Source: Elsinoe ampelina (lineage: Eukaryota). Taken from it: a stretch of DNA of 64,000 nucleotides. The translations under genes were made by a program, and so were the position numbers. Under the pieces are notes generated by a model, which was not told the origin of the DNA, did not search any database, and saw only the letters and a program-made list of their open reading frames with translations. Positions 38,154 through 49,669 of this stretch are shown one piece after another. Within the stretch, counting starts at the first letter, position 1. Each line of letters opens with the position of its first letter. Location: assembly GCA_010093995.1 (NCBI GenBank), contig ML992510.1, forward strand, positions 75,504 through 139,503. Reading direction: 5' to 3'.

Positions 38154-39547
38154 CTACCTAATCCGATCCAACCTCGCCCTATTGAGGGCAATCTCATCGT
38201 CCACCAGATCCGTCTTACCGATGATACGATTGATGTGCTTATTCTGACTATCGAGCTCCGAACCCATGGCTCTACCGAGTTGATTCAACGTCTTGGCACC
38301 ACGGTGGATGGCTTCGAGGTTATCTACTGCTGTCAGTACCAGACTACCAAACGGGGTTGATTGGGAGAAGGGGCCAGGTGGGAGGGAAACTCACCATCAA
38401 TCTCATTCTCCATCTCGTCGTCCTCGCTATCCGCTTCGAATTGATACTTGCTCCTCTGCGCCAGACTCTTCTTGTCCTGCGGTCCCTGACGCTCTGCAAA
38501 CTGTCGTCCGAACCCAGCCTGCCGCGTCGCTGTGCTCTGGGCTTCAGTGCGAGTGGCGTCCGCCCTGGCGCGTTCTTCCCGGTGCTTGTCGAGGGCGTAC
38601 TGGTTGGCTTCCATTTCGCGCTTGGTCTTTGTAAAGGGATTGCTGACGTGCACGGCGAACATGCTCCTGTTGAGCGTCTTGAGTTCGCCGGCGCGTTCTT
38701 GGGCGATTCGGTTCTGTGCCGACGCTTGGTCGAGGTTGCGCTCGGCGTTGTGGATGCGTTCGCCTTGTTGGCCCAGGCGGGCGAGGGTTTCGCGGCCGGT
38801 GGCTTCGGCTTGTTCGGCTATGCGGCGGGCGTTGCGGGTCGAGGAGACGTCTTGTTGTTTGATGAAGCGGATTTCGTTCTTGGTGGCTTGCACGTCTTCT
38901 TCTTCTTGCTCTTCGGCTGTGAGTTCGCGGTCGGGATAGCCGCCGTAGCCTCCTGCTGCGCCGCCTTGGAAGGACGATTGGCCGTAGTTGCTGTAGGATT
39001 GGTCGGAGGGGTTGTCGTTGGGTGTGCCGCCTGGTGGACCGCCGGGGGCTTGCCGTTGGTTCCGCGAGGCTGCGTCGCCAAAGAGAGCAGCCCGGCCGGC
39101 GTCTGTGGATGTGGTCTCTTGACTGTTTGAGCGCCCTAGTCCACCGTATCCTCCAGGTCGCTGAGGAGGAGCCGCTGGCTCGCCGCCATATGGGTTGGCA
39201 CCATAGCCAGAGCTCTGGCCATAGTTGCTCGAGCCTCCATAGCGGTTGGCGGGAGGAGCACTGGGTCCACCGCCGTAGCCGCCGATGGGCACGGGTGATT
39301 TGTCTTGTCTTAATTGATGTGCAGAGCCATTGTTCTCGTACGGAGGAGGTTGTGAGAAGGATGATGACTTGGGAACGTATGGATCTGTCGCTTTGCTGCT
39401 GTAGGGGTCGTTTGCGGGAGCCTGGACGGCGTAGGGGTTGGTCTGAGGGGCAGGAGACTTTGAGTTCTTGCTGCGACTGCCGAACAGCGCTGATCGTTGG
39501 GAGTCTTCGTCCTTTTCTTTATCCTTTTTGTTGAATCCAAAGGGCAT
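38154..39547 (-). CDS. SEC9: Plasma-membrane t-SNARE Sec9 (SNAP-25-like)
   Basis: EEEDVQATKNEIRFIKQQD, ETLARLGQQGERI, NRSMFAVHVSNPF and YQFEADSEDDEMENEID. The second SNARE motif follows intron 38324-38394. Confidence 0.95.
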
Positions 39548-40093
39548 GGTTGCGGTGGTAGGTGAGGTTGTGGTGAATGCAAGTGCTTGGAGGGGAAATG
39601 CAAGGAGAAGGTGGGTAGAGTGGGCAGGATGAGGATGAGGCTTTGGTGGTTCACGCAGGGTCCGAGTCGAGGCTCACGCAAAGTGTGGCTGAGTTTGGGC
39701 TCCGACGCAAGCACTTTCCGGGTTCACACAGTCACAACGACAGGAATTGCATCCACTATGGCAGGCATTCACTATCCATTTTCGCTATGCTACCGATTGT
39801 ATCGGCATGTGATCTGCTCAAAGACCTCGTCCGATTCTCTTCGACCGGCCTTGGCACCGCAGCACACTGTATACGCGCTTTGTCTCGGTGATTCAGGGGT
39901 CACGCTACTGTTACATATGCTATTCGTCTTCTGCAAACCCATGTCGGAGCTCAAAACGCCCCGTATCTGGAGCCAGACCACTCGACTTTTGTTGATTGTG
40001 AAGAAAACCTAGGTGAGTCGCAATGCTACCTGGGATTTCCTCAGCAGCTTTCTTGCAAGTAGGGGTATCTCGGGGTAGATTGGTCGAGCTCTA

Positions 40094-41965
40094 TCACCAT
40101 GCGCCGACGTCAAAGTATTCCTGGTGCATTGTCAGCATGTCTTCATGTACGTGAATCATCGAGTAACATACCTCTCCAAAGTAGCTGGTGACGACTGTGC
40201 GATCCGAGAACCTCCTACCAGCCAGTGTACGCAATGCTTGAGTTGCCGCTCCCTTGTCGCCAAATTTGACGTAGATCTTGCCGACACCGTTTGCTTGTCT
40301 GCTACCTCCTGATGGTCGAGGAATCTTGATGTCAAGTACTTCACCAAACTTGGCACACTCGTCGCGAATGTCTTCGACGATTTCTGGACTTGGTCAGCAG
40401 CATTCTGTCATGGGATGGAAGACGCCTTACCCTCATATTCATCGTTGTCGATCAGCTCGTCGGCCGTGACCATGTTGTGCAGGCAGAGCACCCTGCTCTC
40501 GATGTTCTCTTCGCTCTGTGTTCCTGCCAACATTGACATGGCATTGACGTTCATCTCCGAACTGACTTGTGCTGCACCGACGCATGCACGGGCGAGCTTG
40601 ATCTTGCTATCACCCAGCTCCATTCCATAGAGCGACTCGATCGCTGTGTCGGTGATGCCCTGCGCGTCAACGTACTCACAGAAGGCCACACCTCTGCTGG
40701 CTCCAGTGTCGGCATCTTTGACGAGTGTGAACGACTTTAGTGCTCCGAATGCCGAAACCAATTCCTTGACTTGTTCTTCTTCGATGAAGATGGGCACGCG
40801 CGTGAGGACGATCTTGTTTGGAGTATCAGGCACTATGTTTGAAACCTGACCTTCCATGATGTCCGTGTCTTCACTCTTGGATGGAGCAATGTAGTCGTTG
40901 GGGCGCTTAATCTGTAATCCAGCCTCGACGCTCTTGGCCTCACCATTCGCTCCATTGGCGTGAGCGTCGTCGATTTCGAGACCGTCAAGGGCGAGTGATA
41001 GTGTAGCGTCTTCGCCATTGCGGAACTCGAGGAGCGCGAATGATTTGCCCTTTGCCACATGTGCAGAGACGCAGGGGTCCCTGCCTGACACCACGTTCAG
41101 TCCATTCAGCTGTAGGTTAAAGAAGTCGCGAACCTGCTCGTCAGTAGCATTTGCCGGAATATTGTATACCACCATGCGCTTGGCCTGTCGGGAGTTCGAT
41201 GGGTCCAGTGCTGCTCCAGTTGCTGCGTTCTGAGGTTCCTTCATGAAAGCTTGCAGACGGCTGAGATCCATGGCCTGTTGACGCGGCGCTCCAGGTAGAG
41301 GAAACATTCCAGAAAGCTTGGCCTGTTCAGCAGAGATGTTCTCGTATCCCTGCGGCTTGATATCCCACTGGGTCAATCTGCGGCGGCGCTCCAGGATGGG
41401 CACGACATCGGTGAGATCCGGTGTGGGTTCTTTTGGCTTACGTGGTGGGGATGCGCTCCTCTTCTCTCGCGCTCTGTCATCATTTCCTCTCCTCCCTCCC
41501 CCACGGCGATCGTCAAAGTCCCTGCGTGGGGGACCGTCATCGCGCCTGTCGCGACGCCCATAACCTCCTCCGTTCCGATCGTAGTCCCTGTCACCTCCCC
41601 TCCTGTCTCTTCCACCATCACGCCCACCGTCGCGTCCACCGTATCTGTCCTCCCTCTCTCTGTCTCTGTAACCTCTGCTAGATGAGTATGAGTCCACCTC
41701 GTAGTCACCGCGCGAGCGCCCGCCGTGCCCAGGTGAGCGTGAGCGCCTGCGCGGTCTGTCGCCTCGATCCCTATCTCGATTGCCCCGCCTTTCATCGCGC
41801 GATCCCTGTGAGATGTTAGCGATACCACGTGTCCTATCGGTTAGTACGAAGCTGCGATATACGTAGTCGCGGCCAGAGTCCTGGCGCGAGCCTGCGAAGA
41901 TTGTTAGCTGTGCGACCCTGCTTCACCTCACTTGAACACTAACCACGAGAATAGTCGCCGTTCAT
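40094..41965 (-). CDS. U2AF2: Splicing factor U2AF large subunit (U2AF65/Prp2)
   Basis: RD/RS-rich N-terminus, RRRLTQWDIKP, AKLSGMFPLPGAP, two RRMs, and a C-terminal UHM (VLCLHNMVT...GKIYVKF...RRFSDRTVV). Several introns; ends EYFDVGAW. Confidence 0.95.
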
Positions 41966-42390
41966 GGCGCCTTGATAATGGTGTGTTCTTCTCGTTGACT
42001 CGGAGAGGTTGCAGTTCTCTGTCGCAGAATTGTGATAATGCGAATTGGTCAATTGTTGGCTGTAAGAAAAATGATGGCAGTGGTCGAGTTCAGACCTTGA
42101 GACAGCTTTGATGAGCTTGGACTTTGATGCGGCTCTGAGGGCCGATGCCGATTGGCTGAAGCACTTGCAGCTATTCCAAGGGTCTCGTTTCCACCACACC
42201 TTGCACTTTCTCACTTCAACATGCACACACCACATTCCCTGTCCTGGTATTTCCATGCCACAAATGGTATTCAAACAATCACACAACACGCAAACAAGTC
42301 CTTTTGGAAACGGTCAATCAAGTTGTACACAACAATGTATTCATATTGTACTTGCTCATGGGGATTGAGTCGCGACCCATCAATGATTCA

Positions 42391-45300
42391 TCAAGCCTTC
42401 TGCAGCTCCAATAAATTGCACTTTGTCGCCGACCCACCCAGCAGGATGTTGTTCAAGCCATCGCTCTCTGGTATCCGCTGCAGATTTTCCAGATTCGCCA
42501 ACGCAAAGACCTTTGGCAGCACCCTCCCCTGAGCATCCTTGATACTACAAACAACCGTGTAATAGGAAACTTCAAAGTTGTTGGGATCTGCGATGTAGTA
42601 GACCTTTGCCGTCGAGTCGTTGTCGTCAGAATTCATGGGTCCGAGGACGGTTTGGACCGCGCCTACGGGGACGCTGTCGTAGCGGAGGGCTCGGATGCGT
42701 GACATGCCAAAGCTGTTCAGCGTGTCCGGGAAGATGTAGAGGTCGCGGCGGCGGCCGTCTTGGATGATCTTGTCTTCCGTAAAACGTTGCATCGAGTCGG
42801 TGGTCAGCGTAGTATTGTCTGTCCAAGGTGCGGCGTAGTTGGTCACGTCTTGGAAGCGGGTGGCCAGTTCCTCGTCACCTTGGACGTATAGATTACCGTC
42901 CGGAGCGCTGACGACGTAAAGAGGTACGTCGCCGGTCCTGTCCACAAGCACGGTACCGGTCGTGGCGACTTCCACACCAGAGTTGACGAACATGTCCTTG
43001 TTGGCAAAGTCCTCGTCCGTGGCATTGCCGACGGCCTTGGTCTCGTCGCTCCCCAGGGAGATACATCCTTTTACCAGAGGCGGAGATTCCAACTCTGCAA
43101 CTTGCCATTCCTTGAACTCGAAGAGGTTGAAGCTGACGGTGTTCTTGAGTTTGACTCCCCATTTGATGCCCGTGCATTTGTCGTCTTCGTCCTCTTCATC
43201 TTCTTCCTCACTGAATTTGGGCATCTCGTCCCCTGCGGTACCCTCGAACTCGTACTTGGCCTCTGCAGAGATGGCAGGAGTGTTGACGATCTTTGCTTGG
43301 TAGTTCTGCTGGATGAGTGGAAGTGCGATTCCTACACCGATGCTGAACGGGAATCCGAGAGTGGCTTCGACCCCGATCTCGCCTTTGACCTGGAAGTACT
43401 TCTTGACCTCCACGTCTGTGAATCCGGTTGCGTACGAGTTGGCTGGGTTGGCAATGTCGAATTCGACCGAGTAATGAGGCATGACCATATTCACACCGGC
43501 AAGAACCGATCCCTTTGCAACGACCTCAGCCCCGAGCTCCGCGTCACCCTGAATGATTGGACCAACGACAATGACTCCTGGAATCGAGATAAGTGGGATA
43601 CCCGTTGGCGGCAAGATGGGTGCTTTGAGCTTTGGTGTCTCGTACTTGCCCTCAACGACGAGACCAAGGTTCAGGCCGGCTTCCAGATCTCCTTCCAGAC
43701 CGATTCGTAGCTCTCTGATACCGTAATCCACATTGATATCTGCGACTCCCCAGTATTCCACGTTGGCATGGATTCCGCATTTGACACAGTAAGCTGCGAT
43801 AGATCCCGAAAAGCCACCCTTGTCGTCGTCTCCCTCTTTCTCAGCTCGTGCAGCCACCGCCTTGCTTGAAGAGGTCGAAGATTGGCCTGTACCTTTGTCC
43901 TTGCTTTCTTCTTTGTCGTCGGAAGGATATTTAAACAGTTCGAACGCAGGTCCCCACGGTGTATCGTCTTCTGTGTCAGGAGGCGCCAAATCTATGTTGA
44001 ATTGTCCTCTGGCGAAGTCGCCCGTGTACCCGCCGTTCTTGATGATATCGACGATTGTGCTTGCGGTGTTTCCAACCCAGGCGGCTGCCCCATAAATCCA
44101 CTGTTTGGCCGCTTCCCAATTCTCGGCGATGGCGTCTCCGAATATCTCATACCATGGACGGTCCCTGTTCGCTTGGAAGTTCCGCTGTTCCGCCTGGTCG
44201 AAATTCCAGACGTTGATGATGGCCTTGGCTGCTGCCTGGGCCCTGTTCTTGGATGAGGTGTATTGATACCCCTTTGAACGATCGAGCGCATCATCAAAAT
44301 TCGGTGTACAGAGATCGATTCCTGTATACCCTGGAGGGAATTTGTCCTCAGTCTCGCAGGCTGAAGTATCGTACGTGATATTCGGGTTGACAGGAGCTAG
44401 TGCTGTAGAATTGACCAAGCTGGTCGAGCCCCAGATGAGCCGGGCGTCCTTCACACCTTGCTGTGTATAGATCTCGTCGCCTGTGAATCGCAAGATACCT
44501 TGAGAGCGATCCTCGAACCACATGAGCTGCTCTACATGGCCGAGCCAATAGGCTCGTGTATTGTTCTGTGTCGTCTCGCAGTCGTCACCATTGAAGATAA
44601 GTACCATGTTCGGAAGACTGCGCCACACAGTGTCAACAATATCGAAGGCCTCTTTAGTCGTGATCATAAAGGACAGTATAGACTTTTCTTGTGTGTCACC
44701 GAAGACAGAGCTCAGCGGACTGCACTTGAGCTCTGTCAAAAAATCATTGTTCTCCGTAAGGACAGTCGGATATTTGAAGTCGACTCGCATTTCTGCCATC
44801 ATAGCTTTGATGTATGGATTAGTCTTGAAAGACTGTTCAGCATAGTAGAGAGCGCTGCTGTCTTGTGGGTACATGTTGCTGATGTTCTTCGGGTCGACCG
44901 TAGCATCCAGGACTGGCACTAGAGTGGCTGTTGGAGCAGATTCCTTGAAGATTGTGCTTGTCGAGGATATCTGGACAGAAGTACTACTGCTGATGCGCGA
45001 GGTTGTCATTGTTCGACTGCTGGTACTCGTCGGATTCATAGACGTTTGTAAGCCAGAAGTGTAACTGTTCGTGGTAGTTCCGCTAGAAAAGGTTGATGAC
45101 TTTGATGTCTGACTTGAGATCCGGCTCGAGGTATTCGACAGCGATGACTGAGTCGTTGTCGACTGCCCAGTAGACGGCTTCTTCGAAGATGAGGAAGGCT
45201 TGACAGGGGAGGTGGTCTGGCGTACTGCTGTCGTCTTGGGCGCTTTCATGTACTTGGTGCAGACCTGGCTGAGTGCTGCATCGACTCGCTTCCAGGGTGG

Positions 45301-45507
45301 GCGAGCGACATTACAATTCTCCCATAGAAAATCAGGGTAAGCGGTATGGATTTGTTTCTTGGTGAACGTCTTGCAGAATTTCTTCGCTCGTGAAGGATAT
45401 TTCGCCAAAGCTTTTTGGAATGGTTGCTTGCAGAAGGGAGCCGGTCCGGTAGCCGCCACAACGAGAGCCACCAGCCATGCGTGCAATAGCAACTTGATTG
45501 ATAACAT
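42391..45507 (-). CDS. Large secreted protein (~1038 aa): Cys-motif N-domain, Ser/Thr linker, beta-rich domains (possibly DUF7029/DUF7223-like)
   Basis: Intronless ORF; signal peptide MLSIKLLLHAWLVALVVAA; S/T-rich stretch; YCVKCG and PLISIPGVIVVGP motifs typical of an uncharacterised fungal secreted family. Confidence 0.8.
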   Translation of the reverse strand: MLSIKLLLHAWLVALVVAATGPAPFCKQPFQKALAKYPSRAKKFCKTFTKKQIHTAYPDFLWENCNVARPPWKRVDAALSQVCTKYMKAPKTTAVRQTTSPVKPSSSSKKPSTGQSTTTQSSLSNTSSRISSQTSKSSTFSSGTTTNSYTSGLQTSMNPTSTSSRTMTTSRISSSTSVQISSTSTIFKESAPTATLVPVLDATVDPKNISNMYPQDSSALYYAEQSFKTNPYIKAMMAEMRVDFKYPTVLTENNDFLTELKCSPLSSVFGDTQEKSILSFMITTKEAFDIVDTVWRSLPNMVLIFNGDDCETTQNNTRAYWLGHVEQLMWFEDRSQGILRFTGDEIYTQQGVKDARLIWGSTSLVNSTALAPVNPNITYDTSACETEDKFPPGYTGIDLCTPNFDDALDRSKGYQYTSSKNRAQAAAKAIINVWNFDQAEQRNFQANRDRPWYEIFGDAIAENWEAAKQWIYGAAAWVGNTASTIVDIIKNGGYTGDFARGQFNIDLAPPDTEDDTPWGPAFELFKYPSDDKEESKDKGTGQSSTSSSKAVAARAEKEGDDDKGGFSGSIAAYCVKCGIHANVEYWGVADINVDYGIRELRIGLEGDLEAGLNLGLVVEGKYETPKLKAPILPPTGIPLISIPGVIVVGPIIQGDAELGAEVVAKGSVLAGVNMVMPHYSVEFDIANPANSYATGFTDVEVKKYFQVKGEIGVEATLGFPFSIGVGIALPLIQQNYQAKIVNTPAISAEAKYEFEGTAGDEMPKFSEEEDEEDEDDKCTGIKWGVKLKNTVSFNLFEFKEWQVAELESPPLVKGCISLGSDETKAVGNATDEDFANKDMFVNSGVEVATTGTVLVDRTGDVPLYVVSAPDGNLYVQGDEELATRFQDVTNYAAPWTDNTTLTTDSMQRFTEDKIIQDGRRRDLYIFPDTLNSFGMSRIRALRYDSVPVGAVQTVLGPMNSDDNDSTAKVYYIADPNNFEVSYYTVVCSIKDAQGRVLPKVFALANLENLQRIPESDGLNNILLGGSATKCNLLELQKA

Positions 45508-47030
45508 CGCTGCCAAAAATGATGAAGGAAAACGAGGTTGAGCACCTTTAACGATGAACGGGACTACTCACTGCCTTTATACCACGTCGGTATGCACCTC
45601 AAGCGAGGAAGTCTTCACCAGCCTGCTAACCAACGTTCACTGCCCGAGAAGTGCAATTTAAAGAGACACCGAAACGGTCATTGCAGTATATGGGTTCGCT
45701 AGAGGCTTCCAAAGCGTTCTCCGGTCGAAATGCCAAGCGATTGGGATGTTGAGTCAACGTGCCCATCCTCCAGGCATGCGATGGCTGTCAAGTTCCACAG
45801 AGGCCAGACTGGAGAAGCGCCGCCAAAGTTATCAATGCCAGCCGAGGACAGTTGAAGAAGCGCCACAAAGGCTCGTGGTGAAATTGACCCCAGCTGGAGC
45901 GACGAGAGCAATTTCTCCATCCTGTAAGTATTGTGATCGAGCACAGCTGGAGAGCGTTGCTTTAGCTAAGAACGGACAAGCAGGATCCTGACTGCTTGGT
46001 CTAGTGGCTGGCTGAGGCTGAACCAACGTTGTGATTCAGGGGACGGTATAGAGAGATTAACGGTGGAAGGAGAGGAGCCTTGGCGTTTTCCCTCGCGAGA
46101 TGGGCTAAAATAAGCCTACCTTAGTTTCTGACAAAAACGCCAATTATGCGGCTCTGGGACAGCTTTCTGCCAAGCTTCCTGCCTAAGCGGGCTAGCTTAT
46201 TTTCTAATCCGGTATAGACTGAACGGTAGCTAGGGTCGAAATCGTGAACGGAGCGGCACAGAGAGAGATATCGGGTTTTGTATGGGAAAGTGACCGGTAA
46301 CACACGAGTTGAACGGTATAAGCCGATTATCGGTAGAAGGAGCTAACGGTATAGCCAGCTTTGACTGGACCTGGCATTTGAGACATCGGAAACAGATGAG
46401 AGCTATGCACGGGAGAAAGTCTGTCGTTGGAGCTTGCGGAGACATGAGACTATGGCCCAATAATGGAGGATATTCTGATTTTGTAAAGTCACGCGTGTGT
46501 GGAATCGAGGTCTTGTCAGAAAGTGGTCCTCACGTGGTCGACCCTCCACAAGGGACAAGAAAACTCACAGTTTGTTTGATGCCGTTGCCAACGGCGGTTC
46601 TCTTTCCTCTCCTCACATTTCGATAAACAACGTGCTTCCAGAATAGAGGAGATTTCCTCGGCCTCGCCGTAAAATAAGTCATGCCGTTTGCGCCCTCTGC
46701 CGAGGTGAATTTTGATCGGGAAGAGCTCCAATTTGAGCTACTGTACTTGGTACGCCGATTTCTTCATCGTCTCGCTAGTACGCCTCGTCAATCCAGAGAC
46801 ATGCAATCACAGTACGACGGGCTCGTTCAGACACTCATTTCAAATGGGACTTTCGTTTTCGCAATTGGAAATGTTCCGCGAAAGAATGCAACCCCTCTCT
46901 ATGACCCATCCATCTATAATCATCCGTGATAGTTGTGTTGTCGTACCACCACAGCCGCTCAGGGCCCTACCTCGCTCGCGACATCCTCTTCCCCTTGCTG
47001 ATCAACAGCTCCTCCTCCTAACTCACCAAT

Positions 47031-48560
47031 CTACACAGCCCCCGCATCCGCCGGCGCAGGACCAATCTTCAAACTCATCGCCAACCCCCCAATCCCGACC
47101 GCCACCGAGGGCGACCCAGAATCCAACATACCCACAATGGCATCGATCAACAACCCCGAAGCCATGGGGTCATTCCAGCTCGATATCTTCGGCGTCGATG
47201 CCCCGGACCCACTAGCCGAGCTCGCCGCAGACAAGGTAGGCGAAGAAGGCGCCGCCCCCGGCGACCCCGTCCCCGGCGCTCGCTTGAAGATACCCACCGC
47301 GCCCCCCCATCTCCTGCGCAACTCCGACTTTTTCCCGCCCATCTGCGCCTGCACCTGAGGCACCTTTGTATCACGGATACTCTGGATCACCTGGAGACAT
47401 TCCGGCGTCATGGGCTGGATGGCGTTGCAGCTTTGGATCGTGATGAGCTGGTTCGTAGCGTCGAGCTGTGCTTGCTGGAGGGCCGTGTTGGCGGGCTGAG
47501 GGCCGGCGGCGTCGGCTGCGCGATCCGTGCGGCCGAGGACTAGGATGGCGATGGTGGCGCCTGTGCCGGCCGCGGCGAGGAGGGAGCCTGCCCATTTCAC
47601 CGAGGGGTATTCGTCGACTTTTTTCCAGATGTCTTTGGTCTTCTGGATGACGAGTTGTGTCCAGGGCACTGGGCCGGCGGGGGCGGCGACTGCGCTGCCG
47701 GTGGCGGAGCTGCTGGAACTGCTGGGATCGCCGGTGGTGCTGGTGCCGTCGTTGGGAGTTGGGGCGATGCCTTGCATGGAGGAAGAGATGGAGCCGGGAC
47801 GGGCGCAGAAGTAGGATGCTGTTGTGCCGCCGCCAGCTTGTGCGCTGGAGCCAGCCTGAGTACTGGAGCTAGCTTGAGTGCTGGAACCTGCTTGGGTGTT
47901 GGTGCCTGTCTGCGTGTTGGCGCCCGTCTGAGTGTTGGTCGCTCCGGTAGTAGGTGCACCGCTAGTGGTGGCGGTATCCTGACCTGCCTTTGTCTGTCCT
48001 GGTGGCACGCCAGGCGCGGACTGACTTGTAGTGCCTCCTGGACCTGTTTGACCAGTCTCACTACCTGGGACGAACGGCTTTGCATTAGGATTCAATCCAG
48101 CCTTGGAAGCATCGTTTGTTGGCGCCGTAGACCCGGTAGTCGTGCCGGTCTTGCTGCCGCCCATGGGCTGCAAAGGGATATTATTGCCAGCAGGAGCGGA
48201 GTCAGGTCCCTTCTCCAAGTCGGGAGTCCTGACTGGTTGCTTCCCAGAAGCGTTCGAAGATGCTGGTGGAACAGTAGGGGCTCTCTTCAATCGCCTCTTG
48301 GGTGGTGTCGTACCACCCGCTGCAGGCACTGCAGGCTTGCCTTTTGGCGGCGAGGGAGGCGCGGATCCGCTTGTAGACCCGGTTGTGGATCCACTCGTGG
48401 ATGGCGCCCTTGAGCTGGCTGGAGTATTATACCGCGACGAAACTCGTGAAATGGTCGCTTCATCGAGGTCTTTCCTCGTGCCGAGGACCTTGCAGATTTC
48501 TGCACCATCGACGAAGGTCGCACCTAGCAGGACGGCGGTAGTCAAGATGTCGGCCCTCAT
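47031..48560 (-). CDS. Secreted low-complexity protein (~509 aa) with dibasic sites, PAM2-like motif and hydrophobic helices
   Basis: Signal peptide MRADILTTAVLLGATFVDGA; KRRLKR, RRR and FKR sites; LNPNAKPFVP; 6-aa repeats; long stop-free frame. Confidence 0.75.
   Translation of the reverse strand: MRADILTTAVLLGATFVDGAEICKVLGTRKDLDEATISRVSSRYNTPASSRAPSTSGSTTGSTSGSAPPSPPKGKPAVPAAGGTTPPKRRLKRAPTVPPASSNASGKQPVRTPDLEKGPDSAPAGNNIPLQPMGGSKTGTTTGSTAPTNDASKAGLNPNAKPFVPGSETGQTGPGGTTSQSAPGVPPGQTKAGQDTATTSGAPTTGATNTQTGANTQTGTNTQAGSSTQASSSTQAGSSAQAGGGTTASYFCARPGSISSSMQGIAPTPNDGTSTTGDPSSSSSSATGSAVAAPAGPVPWTQLVIQKTKDIWKKVDEYPSVKWAGSLLAAAGTGATIAILVLGRTDRAADAAGPQPANTALQQAQLDATNQLITIQSCNAIQPMTPECLQVIQSIRDTKVPQVQAQMGGKKSELRRRWGGAVGIFKRAPGTGSPGAAPSSPTLSAASSASGSGASTPKISSWNDPMASGLLIDAIVGMLDSGSPSVAVGIGGLAMSLKIGPAPADAGAV
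47833..47945 (-). repeat. Coding 18-bp tandem repeat (about six x-x-x-[NS]-[TA]-Q units)
   Basis: GATNTQ TGANTQ TGTNTQ AGSSTQ ASSSTQ AGSSAQ in the 47031-48560 protein. Confidence 0.7.
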
Positions 48561-49669
48561 GTTGGAATTGACTCGAGTCGGAGTCCGTGAGATGATGAAG
48601 AAGTCAAGCAATGCCTTCCAGAGGTCAAAGAACAAGTCAGTAGCGAAGGAAGCAGACAGACAAAAGCTATAATGACCTACTGATCGGTCGCACTCACCGG
48701 TCCTTTAATACATGGTCGCCCAGCTTCCGTTCATCAGCATGGAATCTGTCACTACCACAGAGTCTGTCTCCAAGCATGCCACATGTGTCATTTCAGATCC
48801 TGAATTTAGCATTTTCATGGTATCGATGTTGCTCTCGAGAGATATTCGCCGTCCGGTTGGTCGTCATTCGAACGTCACACGTTGACATATGCCGGTAAGG
48901 CGTCCTCATGAAGTGGACAGCAACGCAGGAAAGTCAACCCAAAAGTGCCGAAGAACGATACGGGATGCCTGGAGGATTGAACCATGGTGCCTGCTTGAGA
49001 TGCGATCTTGGTGTCAAGCATGCCGCTCAGAGTTTTTTCGTTCGTTGCAGAACCTTACGGATGGTGAAAATGAGTCCGAAGATTTCGACATGTACGAAAT
49101 GGAATGCGGTCACGTAATGTATTTGATCGTCTGAAATTGCGAGAAGAGGTAGCTCTCACAGCTTGTCCAGAAATGGCACATTGGGCCCGCCATCGTACCA
49201 CGGGCGATTGAACCTTCAAGATATCGGTATACCATTATCGGTAGACGCTTTGATCCATACTGTGAAACGAGTCGAGATTGCTCGTCGGCATTGGACAGTT
49301 GTGAAGAAGGGAAGGTTGCGACGCTGGCGGCAAGGCTGAGAAGCTGTCTGGGGGTTTCGTCCTCACATCCAGCCCCACCGGAGCAACGTGGCTTCGGCTC
49401 GAAGAAAGCGAACCCTACAAGACAGTCTGACAGTACCAATGAGTAGCAATGTTGGTCTTCTTGGATGAAGCTTGGCCAACACATACCGAGATTCCTCCCT
49501 GGCCATGCGACAGTAGATGGGATCTAGAATGAACCAAGCACAATATCAAGGCATGGTCTTAGGGAGTGCCTATGACCCTACATGTCAGAAGGACGCGAAA
49601 CCTTCAAGACTGGTGATACAGTAATCCCCAAGGTCAAGGTCGATCTAAGTTACAATCACCACAAACATA

